A DNA stretch of 64,000 nucleotides from Planctomycetaceae bacterium (GTDB lineage: Bacteria; Planctomycetota; Phycisphaerae; Phycisphaerales; UBA1924), in NCBI GenBank assembly GCA_044507535.1, contig JBIQJK010000008.1:1299-65298 (forward strand). The letters run 5' to 3'. The notes beneath the pieces were generated by a model, which worked only from the letters and a program-made list of their open reading frames with translations, did no database searches and was not told the origin of the DNA. The stretch's first letter is position 1. Each line of letters starts with the position of its first letter. The position numbers and the translations under genes were made by a program. Positions 19,674 to 33,592 of the stretch are shown here, one piece after another.

Positions 19674-19747
19674 GGGTTCTTCTCGTGCGAGCGGGCGGGG
19701 GTGGGCGAGTGCGGGAGAGGGCCGGGAGGGGGACGGAGGAAGGGGGG

Positions 19748-20443
<696 letters not shown>

Positions 20444-20558
20444 AAGGGTTCTCGTCTGAGGCGTTCGGCGTTGGTCGGGGTCGGGGTGGGGGAGGAGGAA
20501 GGCCCGGAGGAGAGCGGGAAGGGGCGGCGCGGGCCGGGCGCCCGCGCCCCCGGCGGGG

Positions 20559-22340
<1,782 letters not shown>

Positions 22341-22400
22341 GGTTCTACTCCGGACAAACGGGCGGGGGCTGACTCGGTTGGGGTCGCGGGGGTGCGGCGG

Positions 22401-23552
22401 TTACTCCGCGCCCTCCGCGGGGGCCTCGGCGGGGGTCTCGGACGGTTCGCCGCCCGTGGCCGGCTCAGCGGCGCCGGCCGGGGTGGGGGAGGCCGGGGCG
22501 GCGCGGCCGCTGACCTCCGGGGACATCATGAAGGCGATGATCGCGCTGAGCTGCTCCTCGTTGAGCAGGCCGACGTAGGAGTTCATCTGGTCCGGGTAGC
22601 CGGCGACGATCCTCGCCTTGGGGTCGAATACCGATTCGCGGACGTAGTTGGAGAAGAACTCCACGTCGCTCATCTGCTCGGCGGTGTACGTCTGGCCGTT
22701 GGTGAACCGGGTCTCGCGTCCGAACAGGCCCTTCCAGGTCGGCCCGGTGCTCGCCGAGCCGTCGATGGAGTGGCACGCCGCGCAGCCGCGCCCGCGCTGC
22801 CAGAGGTAGCGGCCGAACTCGACCGGGTCCTCGATCTGCAGCTCCTTGCTCTTGTGCGCCCGGTACTCGTCCTCGGTGACGACGCGGATCACCGCGTTCA
22901 TCTCCGAGTGGTCCTGCCCGCAGTACTCGGCGCAGAAGACCTTGTGGTCCTTCCCCGCCTCCAGCGCCTCGAACCAGAAGCTCGTGTACCGGTTCGGGAA
23001 CACGTCGATCTTCATCCGCATGTCCGGGATGAAGAAGCTGTGGATCACGTCCTTGCTCGTCAGCAGCAGCTTCACCGGCCGCCCCTCCGGGACGACGATG
23101 ATCGGCGATGCCTTGCCGCCGACGACCTCGAACTCGTCCGGCAGCACCTCGCGCCCGTTGTCGTACACCGCCGACCAGCTCCACTGCTGCCCCGTCACGC
23201 GGATGATCTCCGCGTTCCCCGGGGCCGCCTGCTTCTCGATGTAGTCCCGGAAGCCCCAGAAGAAGATGATGACCATGATGATCAGCGGGATGATCGACCA
23301 CGCCAGCTCCAGCGGCGTGTTGTGCGACGGGCTCCGCTGGATCGGCACCCCCGGGCGCCGGCGGTACTTCCACGCGAAGTAGTACGCCAGCCCGATCGTG
23401 ATCGTGAAGCTGATCACGCACGTCCACACGATGAACAGGTAGAGGTTGTCGGTGCTCCGGGCGAGCTCCGTCGCCGCCTGGTCCTGGAACCACAGGCGGT
23501 GCATGAAGCTCTGCTGGGCGAGGCTCGGGATGGCGTGGAGAGTGGTCGGCAT
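22401..23552 (-). CDS. ctaC: cytochrome c oxidase subunit II fused to a C-terminal cytochrome c domain (caa3 type)
   Basis: CuA site DVIHSFFIP...CAEYCGQDHSEM, with a C-terminal heme c motif CAACHSIDG. Confidence 0.9.
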   Translation of the reverse strand: MPTTLHAIPSLAQQSFMHRLWFQDQAATELARSTDNLYLFIVWTCVISFTITIGLAYYFAWKYRRRPGVPIQRSPSHNTPLELAWSIIPLIIMVIIFFWGFRDYIEKQAAPGNAEIIRVTGQQWSWSAVYDNGREVLPDEFEVVGGKASPIIVVPEGRPVKLLLTSKDVIHSFFIPDMRMKIDVFPNRYTSFWFEALEAGKDHKVFCAEYCGQDHSEMNAVIRVVTEDEYRAHKSKELQIEDPVEFGRYLWQRGRGCAACHSIDGSASTGPTWKGLFGRETRFTNGQTYTAEQMSDVEFFSNYVRESVFDPKARIVAGYPDQMNSYVGLLNEEQLSAIIAFMMSPEVSGRAAPASPTPAGAAEPATGGEPSETPAEAPAEGAE

Positions 23553-23575
23553 GGTTGGTCATCACCCCGGACGGG

Positions 23576-24556
23576 CTATCGGGTCTCGGTCCCCCGCCGG
23601 TCCTGTGTCAGCGTCGTCGTGGTCTGGTTCGTCTCGCCCCCCTCCGCCGCCGCGGCCCGCAGGCGCCGCCGCCGCCGCTCCCCCAGGAACATCACCCCCA
23701 CCAGCCCCCCCAGCAGCAGCACCGTCAGCGCCCCGCCCACCCGCATCACCCGCATCGCCTGGAGCACGTAGCTCCCCTCGCGCGGGTCGAAGTGGTAGCA
23801 CCACAGCGTGAACAGGTCCGTCAGCGAGCCGATCTTCCCGTCCGCCGCCTCCACCAGCGCCAGCCGCAGGTCCCGCACCGGGAACTGCAGGCCCGACAGC
23901 GCCCGCGAGACCGTCCCGTCCGGCGTGATCACGAAGATCGCCGACCCGTGGGCGTACTCCCCCGAGTCCGGCAGGTACCGGTAGGCGTACCCCAGCGCAT
24001 CGGCCAGCGCCCGCGAGTTCGCCCCCGGGCCGGTCAGGAACGTCATCCCCGCCCTGATCGACTCCGTCGTGCTCCGGTTGTACTCCAGCAGCGCATCGGT
24101 CTTCTGCCTCGCCGCGTCCACCGCCGTGTCCCGCGGGTCGAAGCTCACGAAGACGATGTCGTACTCGCTCCCGATCGTGAAGCCGTCGAGCTGGTTGAGC
24201 GACCGCATCACCTCCTGCGTGATCTTCGGGCACAGCAGCGGGCAGCGGAAGTACTGCATCACCACGATCACCGGCCGCCCCTGAACCGCGACCCCCTCCC
24301 CGGGGCGGTTGAACAGGTCCCCCAGCCGCACCGGCTCGCCCGTGGAGTCCGTGAAGACCAGGTCCAGCGGGAGCTTCCGCCCCGCCTGGTCCTTCAGCTC
24401 CAGGCCGCGGATCTGCTCCGGCACCTCGTCCGGGATCAGCTGCGCCCCCGCCGGCGCGGCCGGCAGCGCCGCCAGCGCCAGCGCGAGCGCGGCCGCGGCG
24501 GCGCGCCAACGGGCGGGCGCGGGCGTCGGGTCGGGCTGGATCTGGCGTCGGTCCAC
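23576..24556 (-). CDS. SCO1/SenC family copper chaperone
   Basis: Signal/TM segment followed by a thioredoxin fold with YFRCPLLCP, plus a C-terminal TM helix. Confidence 0.85.
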   Translation of the reverse strand: MDRRQIQPDPTPAPARWRAAAAALALALAALPAAPAGAQLIPDEVPEQIRGLELKDQAGRKLPLDLVFTDSTGEPVRLGDLFNRPGEGVAVQGRPVIVVMQYFRCPLLCPKITQEVMRSLNQLDGFTIGSEYDIVFVSFDPRDTAVDAARQKTDALLEYNRSTTESIRAGMTFLTGPGANSRALADALGYAYRYLPDSGEYAHGSAIFVITPDGTVSRALSGLQFPVRDLRLALVEAADGKIGSLTDLFTLWCYHFDPREGSYVLQAMRVMRVGGALTVLLLGGLVGVMFLGERRRRRLRAAAAEGGETNQTTTTLTQDRRGTETR

Positions 24557-24587
24557 GGTGCTCCGGTCCTCCTTCGGGGTGAGGGGG

Positions 24588-25010
24588 TCAGTCGGCGGGT
24601 CGGTCCTGGCTCAGGCGCGGCGCGTACTCGGCGATCACGCGACGGCTCGCCTCGCTGTAGGGCAGCAGCACGACGCCCTGCTCGGCGTCGGCCCAGACGT
24701 AGCCGCGGTTGAACCGCTCCGTCGCGTCGCGTCGGGCGGCCCAGGCCTGGTCGCCCATCCCCATCGACTCGCGCTCGGCGAGCAGCCGCGTGGTGTACGA
24801 CGTGTAGTAAAAGTAGACCGAAACCGCCGAGACGACGACGATCAGGAACGCCGTGAGGCCGGCGGCGAACACCACCGGGACGTTGGCGACCTCGGCGTGG
24901 GCCTGCTGCGGCCGCCCCTCGTCGGCGGTGTGCCGGTGCCACTCATCGGGGGCGTCGTGCATGCCCGGCGCGTGGCCGGCGTGGTGCGGGTTGTGGGAAG
25001 CGTGAGCCAT
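24588..25010 (-). CDS. small single-TM protein with a His-rich N-terminus, between actF and SCO (possible ACIII/oxidase accessory subunit)
   Basis: MAHASHNPHHAGHAPGMHDAPDEWHRH..., then TM VPVVFAAGLTAFLIVVVSAVSVYFYY. Its position inside the respiratory array is the only functional hint. Confidence 0.5.
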   Translation of the reverse strand: MAHASHNPHHAGHAPGMHDAPDEWHRHTADEGRPQQAHAEVANVPVVFAAGLTAFLIVVVSAVSVYFYYTSYTTRLLAERESMGMGDQAWAARRDATERFNRGYVWADAEQGVVLLPYSEASRRVIAEYAPRLSQDRPAD

Positions 25011-25046
25011 ATCGGGTGTCCTCTTGCGAGGGAATCGCTCCAGGGA

Positions 25047-26351
25047 TTAGACGTAGTTCTTGTGCTCGAGGGCCTCGGACAGCCGCGGGTCCTTCAGCGG
25101 GATCAGCGGGGCGGCGACGACCCTGCGGACCACCAGCCCCAGGAAGAGCGCCACGGGGCCGACGAAGCCCGTGGCGTCGAACCACCACCGCTCCAGCCCC
25201 GTGCTCGCCCCGTACGTCTCGGGCGCGACCATCGACAGGCCCGGGCGGATGATGAAGAACAGGTCCACCGCGTGCATCGCCAGCAGCCACGCCGCCATGG
25301 CCCCCAGGATCAGCGGCACCCGCTTGGAGGCCCGCCACAGCAGCACCAGGAACGGCACCGCAAAGTGCCCCACCACCAGCAGCTTCGCGATGTTCTGCCA
25401 CCCGCTGGAGTTGCGGAGCACGAACCAGGCCGTCTCCTCCGGGATGTTCGAGTACCAGATCAGGAAGTACTGGCTGAAGCCGATGTACGCCCAGAAGACC
25501 GTGAAGGCCAGCAGCAGCTTGCCCAGGTCGTGGTCGTGCTCGGCGGTGACCATCCCCTGGAGCTTGCCCGCCCGGCGGAGCCCCATCAGGATCAGGATCA
25601 GCAGCGCGGTCGCCGCGACGTTGTTGCCGGCGAAGAAGTACACGCCCCACATGGTGCTGAACCAGTGGAAGTCCTGCGACATCAGCCAGTCGAACCCGGC
25701 GAAGGCCGTCGTCAGCGCGAACAGCGGCAGCCCGTAGGCGGACATGAACCGGGCCCTGGCCGTCAGCCAGCGGTCGCCCGTCTCGTCCTGCGTCCGGCTG
25801 AAGCTGTTCAGCCGCGTCGCCAGGAAGGTCCAGACGCCGAAGTACACCACCGCCCGGGCGATGAAGAACGGCTCGTTGAGGTACCCGGCCTTGTGCTGGA
25901 GGATGTGGTCGCCGGCGCGGATCGAGTCGTTCATCCACTTGAACAGCAGCCCGTCGTGGACCAGCTCGATCGCGAGCACCGGCAGCCCCATCGCCGCGAC
26001 CACCGGCATCAGGCTCGCCACGTTCTCCAGCTGCCGCCGCACCGTCGCCGTCCAGCCGGCGTTGAACTGGTGCAGGATCATCACCAGCCCCAGCGACCCC
26101 AGCGAGAGGCCCAGGGCATACAGGAACCCGATGTGGTACGCCGCGACGGCGTGCTTGAGCGCATCCTTGTCCCCGCCGAAGCCGAGGATGATCGTCAGGA
26201 CCAGCCCGAGGACGCCGACGAGCATCAGCCCGGCCGAGAGCTTGCGCCCCGCGCCCGGCGCGAAGGTCACCTTCGCGGCGTCGACGCGGGCCGGCGGGAT
26301 CGGGTACCCGCCCTGGACGTCGTGCGGGATGGCGGAGTGGGCGTGGCTCAT
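25047..26351 (-). CDS. actF: alternative complex III subunit ActF (second NrfD-like membrane subunit)
   Basis: A polytopic membrane protein directly following actE, with a 4-nt overlap to actE. The gene order matches known actABCDEF operons. Confidence 0.75.
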   Translation of the reverse strand: MSHAHSAIPHDVQGGYPIPPARVDAAKVTFAPGAGRKLSAGLMLVGVLGLVLTIILGFGGDKDALKHAVAAYHIGFLYALGLSLGSLGLVMILHQFNAGWTATVRRQLENVASLMPVVAAMGLPVLAIELVHDGLLFKWMNDSIRAGDHILQHKAGYLNEPFFIARAVVYFGVWTFLATRLNSFSRTQDETGDRWLTARARFMSAYGLPLFALTTAFAGFDWLMSQDFHWFSTMWGVYFFAGNNVAATALLILILMGLRRAGKLQGMVTAEHDHDLGKLLLAFTVFWAYIGFSQYFLIWYSNIPEETAWFVLRNSSGWQNIAKLLVVGHFAVPFLVLLWRASKRVPLILGAMAAWLLAMHAVDLFFIIRPGLSMVAPETYGASTGLERWWFDATGFVGPVALFLGLVVRRVVAAPLIPLKDPRLSEALEHKNYV

Positions 26352-27136
26352 GGGTTGCCCTCCTGGGGGGCGCTAGCGGGAGCGGGCCGGGCGGCGCGGG
26401 AGCGCTCCAGCTCCTGCTTCTTCGCCGCGGGGATCGACTCCAGGTCCGTGGTCCGCGACGCCTGCATCGTCCGCAGGTACGCGACGATCGCCCACGAGTC
26501 CGCCTCGCTCATCGCGTGGCCGTAGGCGGGCATCTTCTCCGCCCCGGTCTGGTCGACCAGCCCGTGGCGGATCACGTCGAACAGGTGCCCGTCCTTGCCC
26601 GTGGGCAGGGACCGGTCGGAGTACTTCGGGTCGTAGTAACTCGGCAGCGGGTACGACCAGCGGGACCCGGCCGTCCCCTTGCCCTCCCCGTCGTACCCGT
26701 GGCAGACCGAGCAGGTGATGTTGTACCGCTCGCGCCCGCGCTCGATCATCGCCGCCATCGCGGCGCCGGTGTCCTGCCCGGGGCGGCGGAACGCCTCCAC
26801 CGCGCTGGCGGGCATGTAGTCCAGCGGCTCGCCGTTCTCGTCCACCCCCCGGTAGAACGCCGCGTCCTCCTTCAGCAGCGACGCCCGCGACGCGTCCGAC
26901 GGGTCCGGCGCCCGGCCGAAGGCCACCGCCCCCTCCACCCGCGGCCGCATCGTCCGGCCGTCGGCGAAGAACGGGCTCTGCGACTGCGGGTTCCACCGCT
27001 GCTGGTCGTCCATGTCCGGGAAGAACTGGCGCGGCGGGTGGTCGCTCCGCTCGCCGCGGCAGCCCCCGGCGCCCAGCACGGCCGCGAGCCCGGCCAGGGC
27101 GGCGATCCCGGTGGAGATGGTTCTCTTCAGGTCCAC
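26348..27136 (-). CDS. actE: alternative complex III monoheme cytochrome c lipoprotein ActE
   Basis: Lipobox LGAGGC and a single heme motif CSVCHGYDG with distal Met (KMPAYGHAMS). Confidence 0.8.
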   Translation of the reverse strand: MDLKRTISTGIAALAGLAAVLGAGGCRGERSDHPPRQFFPDMDDQQRWNPQSQSPFFADGRTMRPRVEGAVAFGRAPDPSDASRASLLKEDAAFYRGVDENGEPLDYMPASAVEAFRRPGQDTGAAMAAMIERGRERYNITCSVCHGYDGEGKGTAGSRWSYPLPSYYDPKYSDRSLPTGKDGHLFDVIRHGLVDQTGAEKMPAYGHAMSEADSWAIVAYLRTMQASRTTDLESIPAAKKQELERSRAARPAPASAPQEGNP

Positions 27137-27140
27137 GGGC

Positions 27141-27707
27141 TTACTCCTCCACCAGGTCGATGCCGGTCGCCCCCGCCTTCTCCAGCAGGGCGCGGGTCGC
27201 CGCGGGGTCGAACTTCGGGTCGCGCGCCTCCACGCAGATCACGAAGCGGTCGTCGCTCACGCGCAGGAACCGCTCCTTCTTCATCAGCGGGTGGTGCCAC
27301 ATCGGGAGCTTGTTGAACGCCAGCATCCCCAGCAGCGTCGTGAACGCCGTGAACAGCACCCCCACCTCGAACGTGATCGGCACGAACTGCTGCCACGCCG
27401 TGAACGGCTTGCCCTGGGTCACCATCTGGTAGTCCTGATTCATCCACCACTGCATCAGGTACCCCAGCCCCGCCCCGCTGAGACCCATGAACCCCACCAG
27501 CAGCGGCAGCTTCGTCGGCGGGTTGCCCATCGCCTCGTCCATCCCGTGCACCGGGAACGGGCTGTAGACGTCCCAGTGGCGGTACCCCGCGTCGCGGACC
27601 TTCTCCGCCGCGTGGTACAGGTCCGCCGGCGTCGCGAACTCGGCCATCATGCCGTGCACGCGCTCCCCGGTCTCGGTCTTGTAGATCTTCTTCTGTGCTC
27701 GGGCCAT
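27141..27707 (-). CDS. actD: alternative complex III subunit ActD (DUF3341-type)
   Basis: HGMMAEFATPADLYHAAEKVRDAGYRHWDVYSPFPVHGMDEAMG followed by two TM helices, a typical ActD pattern. Confidence 0.8.
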   Translation of the reverse strand: MARAQKKIYKTETGERVHGMMAEFATPADLYHAAEKVRDAGYRHWDVYSPFPVHGMDEAMGNPPTKLPLLVGFMGLSGAGLGYLMQWWMNQDYQMVTQGKPFTAWQQFVPITFEVGVLFTAFTTLLGMLAFNKLPMWHHPLMKKERFLRVSDDRFVICVEARDPKFDPAATRALLEKAGATGIDLVEE

Positions 27708-27789
27708 GCCAGGCTCCGCGGAGGACTAAGTGCTGTGTGCTGAGTGCCGCGTCTGTCTTCGCGCTGCGCTTCCCGCTTCGCGCCTTCTC

Positions 27790-29340
27790 CTACTCCCCGT
27801 GCCCGTGGTGCGGGCTCGCCTGCGGCAGGACGTTCTTGATCTCGCTCATCGCGAACACCGGCAGGAACCGCAGGAACAGCAGGAACAGCGTCGTGAAGAT
27901 CCCGATGGTGCCCACGAAGGTCAGGATGTCCACCGGCGTCGGGTAGAACATCCCCCACTCGCCCGGCAGGTACGCCCGGTGCAGCGAGGTCACGATGATC
28001 ACGAACCGCTCGAACCACATCCCCACCGTCACCGCTAGGCAGACGAACCAGATCACCAGCGGGTTGGTCCGGCACGCCTTGATCCAGAAGACCTGCGGGC
28101 TGACCACGTTGCACAGGATCATCGTCCAGTACGCCCACCAGTAGGGCGCCTTGGCCGGGTTGGCCCGGTTGTTGATGAAGACCCACCACTCGTACGGGTT
28201 GCCCCCGTACCAGGCGATGAAGAACTCCATCGCGTACGCGAAGCCCACCATCATCCCCGTCACCAGGAGGATCTTGGACATGTTCTCCAGGTGCCGCAGC
28301 GTGATCAGGTCCTTCATGTTCGCGAACAGCTCGCGCGCCGGGATCATCAGCAGCATCACCATCGCGAAGCCGCCGAAGATCGCCCCCGCCACGAAGTACG
28401 GCGGGAAGATCGTCGTGTGCCACCCCGGCAGCACGCTGGTCGCGAAGTCGAACGACACGATCGAGTGCACGCTGAGCACCAGCGGCGTCGAGATCCCCGC
28501 CAGGATCAGGTACGCCTTCTCGTAGTTCTGCCAGTGCCGCTGGCTGAACCGCCACCCCGCCGCCAGCAGCCCGTACACGAACGCCCGGAGCTGGTCCGCC
28601 CGCAGCGACAGGAACGGCGCCACCCGCTGCCCCCCGCCGGGGTTCTTCATCAGCCGCAGCGCCGCCCGGTCGCGCAGCGTCGCGAAGTCCGGGATCATCC
28701 CCATGTACCAGAACAGCAGCGACACCAGGCCGTACGTGCTCACCGCGAACAGGTCCCACAGCAGCGGCGAGCGGAAGTTCGGCCAGATCGCGTTGGAGTT
28801 CGGCAGCGGGAACATCATCCACGCGAACCACGCCCGCCCCACGTGGATCCCCGGGTACGTCGCGGCGCAGATGACCGCGAAGATCGTCATCGCCTCCGCC
28901 GCCCGGTTGATGCTCGTCCGCCACTTCTGCTTCAGCAGGCACAGGATCGCCGAGATCAGCGTCCCCGCGTGGCCGATGCCGATCCAGAACACGAAGTTCG
29001 TGATGTCCCACGCCCAGCCGACCTGGTTGTTCAGGCCCCACGTGCCCACGCCGGTGATGATCAGGTACAGGATCATCACCGTCGCCAGACCCGCCAGGCC
29101 CGAGGTCAGCCCGAACACCGGCAGCCACCACTTCCCCGGCTTGTTCTCGGCGTACCCGCAGACGATGTTCGTCACGTCGTGGAACGACCGGCCCCCCAGC
29201 ACCAGCGGCGCCCGCGCGCCCGGATCGTCCACGAGCGACCCGTCGCCCGTCACCGGGTCCCACGCCCGGGCCGACTCCGGCGGCTGCCCCATGCCCATCA
29301 GCCGGGCCGCGGCGAGTTGATCGGGGTGGATACTCGTCAT
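27790..29340 (-). CDS. actC: alternative complex III quinol-interacting membrane subunit ActC (NrfD/PsrC family)
   Basis: A ~10-TM NrfD-like protein, with ATGA overlap to the actB stop. Confidence 0.85.
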   Translation of the reverse strand: MTSIHPDQLAAARLMGMGQPPESARAWDPVTGDGSLVDDPGARAPLVLGGRSFHDVTNIVCGYAENKPGKWWLPVFGLTSGLAGLATVMILYLIITGVGTWGLNNQVGWAWDITNFVFWIGIGHAGTLISAILCLLKQKWRTSINRAAEAMTIFAVICAATYPGIHVGRAWFAWMMFPLPNSNAIWPNFRSPLLWDLFAVSTYGLVSLLFWYMGMIPDFATLRDRAALRLMKNPGGGQRVAPFLSLRADQLRAFVYGLLAAGWRFSQRHWQNYEKAYLILAGISTPLVLSVHSIVSFDFATSVLPGWHTTIFPPYFVAGAIFGGFAMVMLLMIPARELFANMKDLITLRHLENMSKILLVTGMMVGFAYAMEFFIAWYGGNPYEWWVFINNRANPAKAPYWWAYWTMILCNVVSPQVFWIKACRTNPLVIWFVCLAVTVGMWFERFVIIVTSLHRAYLPGEWGMFYPTPVDILTFVGTIGIFTTLFLLFLRFLPVFAMSEIKNVLPQASPHHGHGE

Positions 29341-32300
29341 GCGATGCCTCCGAGAACGTTCAGGCGGACCTTGAGGCCGCGGTCAGGCGTGCCGTTGAGA
29401 AGGTTGCTGTGAGCCCCGCCCCCGCCGTGGCCGTGCCCGTCGTGCCCGCCCTCCCCGTCATCCCCGCCGTGGTGGCCCCCGCCGTGGTGCTCGAACGGGT
29501 CCTCCACCGGCGCCCGCAGCCGCGGGTTCGGGTTCTTCACCCCCGCCATGTAGGTCGTCCGCGGCCGCGTGTTGAGGTACCCCAGCAGCATGTACGTCCG
29601 CTGGTGCTCCCGCGCCTGCCGCACCTTGCTCCCCTTCCCGTCGTTGCTCGTCGTGTCCAGGATGTCCCCGAAGACGATCGACTCGCTCGGGCACGCCTGC
29701 TGGCACGCCGCCTGCACCATCCCGTCGGGGATCCCCTTCAGGTCGCTGAGCTTCGCCTCGATCCGCGCCTCGTTGATCCGCTGGATGCAGTACGAGCACT
29801 TCTCCATCACGCCGCGCGAGCGGATCGTCACGTCCGGGTTCTGCCCCATCCGCTTGATCTCGCTCATCCGCTCGCGCAGCCGCGGCGGCACCAGGTTGGG
29901 GTTCTGCACGATCCCACCCAGCTTGTCCTTGCCGAGGTACTCCCCGTTGAACTGCGCCGGCCCGTAGTCGAAGAAGTTGAACCGACGCACCTTGTACGGG
30001 CAGTTGTTGGCGCAGTACCGCGTGCCGATGCACCGGTTGTACGCCATGTAGTTGATCCCCTCCGGCCCGTGCACCGTCGCGTTCACCGGGCACACCGTCT
30101 CGCACGGCGCGTTCTCGCAGTGCTGGCACGGCACCGGCTGGAACGCCAGCGCCTCCACGTGGTCCTCGTCCGGGCCGCCGAAGTAGCGGTCCACGCGGAT
30201 CCACGTCATCTCCCGCCCCTTGGCCACCTCGATCTTCCCGACCACCGGGATGTTGTTCTCGGCGTTGCACGCCACCGTGCACACCCCGCACCCCGTGCAC
30301 GTCGCCAGGTCGATCGACATCCCCCACTGCGGCCCCTTGGAGTACACCGACCCCTCCGCCGGACCCGCCTGCGAGTTGTTGTACGGGTTCTTGTAGATCG
30401 ACACGTTCGCCGGCATGTGCGTCATCTCGGAGCCGTCCAGCCGCTCGGCCAGCGTCAGCTCCTTCTCACGCCCGTACGCGTCCTTCTCCCGCACCGACGC
30501 CCCGCCCCCGTGCTTGCGCCACGCCGCCAGGTCCATCCCGCGGATCAGCGCGCGCCCCTCCATCGACCCGTGCGTCTGCGTCGTCGAGATCGGGTACCAC
30601 CGCGCCCCGCTCGAGGCCGCCTTCAGCGTCGCCCCCGCCGCCATCCCCAGCGCGCCCGTCGCCCGCAGCGCGAAGGTGTTGAACCCCGCCCCCTCGCCGA
30701 CGCGCCCCACCACGCTCCGCCCGTACCCCAGCGGCAGCACCACCGTGTGGTCCGCCATCCCCGGCACCACCCACACCGCGATCGGGAGCGTCCGCCCGCC
30801 GACGCTCAGCTCGGCCATCGCCCCACCAGCGAACTTCTTCGTCTCCGGCTGCGGCATCAGCCCCAGGGCCTTGGCCGTCGCCGGGCTCACCAGCGCGGCG
30901 TTGTCCCACACCATCCGCGTCGCCGTCTCGGGCAGCTCCTGCAGCCACGCGTTGTTCGCGAACCGCCCGTCCCCCATCAGGCTGTCGTGGAAGACCACCT
31001 CCAGCGACTGCGCCGTCGGCGCCGCCGGCAGCGTCATCTCCCCCGCCGCCCGCGCCACCGCGTCGAACCGCACGCCCCCGCGCGCCGCCGCCGCCCGCGG
31101 CGAATCCGCCAGCACGCCGTCGTGCAGCGCCCGCCGCCAGCGGCGCTCGAAGTCCCCGCCCCCGATCATCGCCCTCCACGTCTCGCGCACCAGGGCGTAC
31201 CCGTCCGCCCCCTCCAGCGAGCCGCCCAGGATGATCGCCAGAACCTCGATCTCGCTCCTGCCGCCGTAGATCGGCGCGATCATCGGCTGCACCGGCGCCA
31301 CCACCCCGTCCGCCGTCCGCGTGTCCCCCCACGACTCCAGCGCGTGCGCCGCCCCAAGCCGCCAGTCGCTCGCCGCGATCGTCTCGTTGGGGTCCAGGCT
31401 CAGCGTGATCTTGTTCGCCACGCTCGCCATCGCCTCGGCGAAGCCCAGGTCCGCCGGGGCGTTGTACACCGGGTTGGCCCCCAGCGTCACCAGCGTGCTC
31501 ACCGCGCCGGCGCGCATCGCCCCGCACAGCTCCGACAGCGCCGCGGCGCTGGAAGCCGCGTCGTCCTCGTCCATCTCCGTGTAGGTGACGGTCGTGCCGA
31601 CGCTCCCCAGCGCCTCGTTCATCGCGTGCACCATCGCGTGCACGGCCGCGGGCTGCGACTTGCCCGCCACGATCAGGCTCGCCCCGAGGTTGCTCTCCAG
31701 GTCCTCGGCGATGGCGTCCAGCCAGTCGTTCCACTCCGCCGGGACCTCCGGCGCCGCGCCCGCCGCCCCCTTGCCGGTGATCGACATCACCCGCCGGTGC
31801 AGCGCCCGCGCGAACGCGCTCACCTGCGACGGCGCCAGCCGCAGCCGGTGGTCCGCCATCCCTCCGGTCGCCGACAGGTACGACTCCACCGCGTACACGC
31901 GGCTCATCTCGTCGCCGACGCTCATCACCCGGCGCGTCGCCGCGAACTCGCGGTGGTGCGCCACCCCCCGCGGCTCGCTGCCCAGGAAGTCCCGGTCCAG
32001 CGACACGACGACTTTCGCCTTGCCCAGGTGCAGCAGCTCGTGCCGCGGGGCGCCGAAGGCGATCTCCGCGCCCCGGCGCGCCTCGACGCTCTCCAGCGCG
32101 TCGTACCACACCCACCGGGCCCTCGGCCAGCGCTCCATCACCTTCCGGCGCATCGCCTTGAGCGTCGGGCTCGGCTTGCGGTCCACGATGAACGCCAGCC
32201 CCTCGCCCCGGTTCTGGTTGTAGGTCTCGAAGTGCTGCTTCGACCAGGCCGCGAAGTCCTCCCACGACCGCGGCGTCTGGTCCTTGAACGTCGGGTCCTT

Positions 32301-32813
32301 CAGACGGTCCGGGTCGTACACGTCCAGCACCGCCGCCTGCGCCCACGCGCTGGTCCGCCCCAGGTTCACCGGGTGCAGCGGGTTCCCCTCGATCTTCGTC
32401 GGCCGATTCTCGTGCGTCTCGACCAGCAGCCCCTCCACCACCCCGCCCGGGAACGCCATGCTCGTCGCGTAGTACAGCGCCTTGCCCGGGATCACCTCCT
32501 CGGGGACGGTGCGCGAGTACGGCATGATCTTGTGGTCCGGCCGCCGGCACCCCGGGATCGCCGCCGCACCCGCCAGCGCCACCGACGCCCCCATCAGCTT
32601 CAGGAAGCTCCGGCGCGACCCCTCCAGCAGCTCGGAGGCCCCCGCCGGGAACTCCCGCTCCAGCCAGTCACGGAACTCCGGCGTGTCCGCCAGGTCGTCC
32701 AGGCTCCGCCAGTACGCCTTGCCAGTCGGCGAGGCGCCCACGGTCTCGAGGGCGAACTTCCGCGGCGTCTTCTCGAACTTGCCCTTCGAAGGGCACTGAT
32801 CAGGCTGGCCCAT
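29337..32813 (-). CDS. actB: alternative complex III subunit ActB (molybdopterin-oxidoreductase-like domain fused to a 4Fe-4S ferredoxin domain)
   Basis: Tat-like signal [20 protein letters not shown]. Fe-S cysteine clusters [37 protein letters not shown] and CSYC...CQQACP. The C-terminus is a His/Gly-rich tail. ATG 32813 is preferred over the TTG at 32828 used in the track. Confidence 0.9.
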   Translation of the reverse strand: MGQPDQCPSKGKFEKTPRKFALETVGASPTGKAYWRSLDDLADTPEFRDWLEREFPAGASELLEGSRRSFLKLMGASVALAGAAAIPGCRRPDHKIMPYSRTVPEEVIPGKALYYATSMAFPGGVVEGLLVETHENRPTKIEGNPLHPVNLGRTSAWAQAAVLDVYDPDRLKDPTFKDQTPRSWEDFAAWSKQHFETYNQNRGEGLAFIVDRKPSPTLKAMRRKVMERWPRARWVWYDALESVEARRGAEIAFGAPRHELLHLGKAKVVVSLDRDFLGSEPRGVAHHREFAATRRVMSVGDEMSRVYAVESYLSATGGMADHRLRLAPSQVSAFARALHRRVMSITGKGAAGAAPEVPAEWNDWLDAIAEDLESNLGASLIVAGKSQPAAVHAMVHAMNEALGSVGTTVTYTEMDEDDAASSAAALSELCGAMRAGAVSTLVTLGANPVYNAPADLGFAEAMASVANKITLSLDPNETIAASDWRLGAAHALESWGDTRTADGVVAPVQPMIAPIYGGRSEIEVLAIILGGSLEGADGYALVRETWRAMIGGGDFERRWRRALHDGVLADSPRAAAARGGVRFDAVARAAGEMTLPAAPTAQSLEVVFHDSLMGDGRFANNAWLQELPETATRMVWDNAALVSPATAKALGLMPQPETKKFAGGAMAELSVGGRTLPIAVWVVPGMADHTVVLPLGYGRSVVGRVGEGAGFNTFALRATGALGMAAGATLKAASSGARWYPISTTQTHGSMEGRALIRGMDLAAWRKHGGGASVREKDAYGREKELTLAERLDGSEMTHMPANVSIYKNPYNNSQAGPAEGSVYSKGPQWGMSIDLATCTGCGVCTVACNAENNIPVVGKIEVAKGREMTWIRVDRYFGGPDEDHVEALAFQPVPCQHCENAPCETVCPVNATVHGPEGINYMAYNRCIGTRYCANNCPYKVRRFNFFDYGPAQFNGEYLGKDKLGGIVQNPNLVPPRLRERMSEIKRMGQNPDVTIRSRGVMEKCSYCIQRINEARIEAKLSDLKGIPDGMVQAACQQACPSESIVFGDILDTTSNDGKGSKVRQAREHQRTYMLLGYLNTRPRTTYMAGVKNPNPRLRAPVEDPFEHHGGGHHGGDDGEGGHDGHGHGGGGAHSNLLNGTPDRGLKVRLNVLGGIA

Positions 32814-32896
32814 GCTGCTCTCTTTCAATCGGTCGCAACCGGCAAAGTCTCGTCAGCCCCTCCCCGCGCTCAGCGCTCGGCGCTCGGCGCCGAGTC

Positions 32897-33592
32897 CTAG
32901 TAGTGGCACGCCCCGCAGTTGTCCGGCAGCAGGTGCAGCGGCTCGCTCGCCAGCGCCCGCAGCAGCTCCGGCCCCGCCTGGGCCTGCGCCTGCGTGTCCT
33001 TCAGCCGCCGCTCCACCTCGAGCAGGTCCGTCACCATGCTCGGCGGCACCAGGTGCGGCGTCGGGTCCCGGTGGCAGTCCAGGCACCACGCCATGCTCAG
33101 CGGCTCCACCTGGTGCACCACCGCCTGGTTCACGATCGCCCCGTGGCACGAGTAGCAGCTCACCCCCGCGCTGACGTGCACGTCGTGCGGGAAGTTCCGC
33201 ACGTAGTCCGGCAGCTTGTGCACCCGCCGCCACTCGATCGACGCGTCCGCCTCGTACGCGTCGCGCACGAACTGCGACTTCGCGTGCTGGTCCGGCGGCA
33301 GCTGCAGCCGCCCCTCCGCGTGGCACCCGTAGCACGTCGCCACGTTCGGGATGTTCGCCTCCGGCGACTCCTCCACGTGCGTGTGGCAGTACCGGCAGTC
33401 CATCCCCAGCTTCCCCGCGTGCAGCTGGTGGCTGAACCCGCCCCCGGGCTGCGTCGGCATGTACCCGACTTCCCAGAACTTGGGCGTGAAGTAGTACCAC
33501 ACGAAGCCGACGGCGCTGGACCCGCCCCCCAGAACCACCAGCAGGAGGATCGCGGGAAGCCGATTGGTCCACCTGGGGAAAATCGTTGACAC
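32897..33592 (-). CDS. actA: alternative complex III pentaheme cytochrome c ActA
   Basis: Five CxxCH motifs (CRYCH, CYGCH, CYSCH, CLDCH, CGACH) after an N-terminal TM anchor. GTG start. Confidence 0.9.
   Translation of the reverse strand: MSTIFPRWTNRLPAILLLVVLGGGSSAVGFVWYYFTPKFWEVGYMPTQPGGGFSHQLHAGKLGMDCRYCHTHVEESPEANIPNVATCYGCHAEGRLQLPPDQHAKSQFVRDAYEADASIEWRRVHKLPDYVRNFPHDVHVSAGVSCYSCHGAIVNQAVVHQVEPLSMAWCLDCHRDPTPHLVPPSMVTDLLEVERRLKDTQAQAQAGPELLRALASEPLHLLPDNCGACHY

Noticed and set aside
24588-25010. Calling orf140 ActG outright
   Set aside because: Position suggests an ACIII or oxidase accessory subunit, but I cannot recall ActG sequences well enough to claim homology, so it is left as hypothetical.
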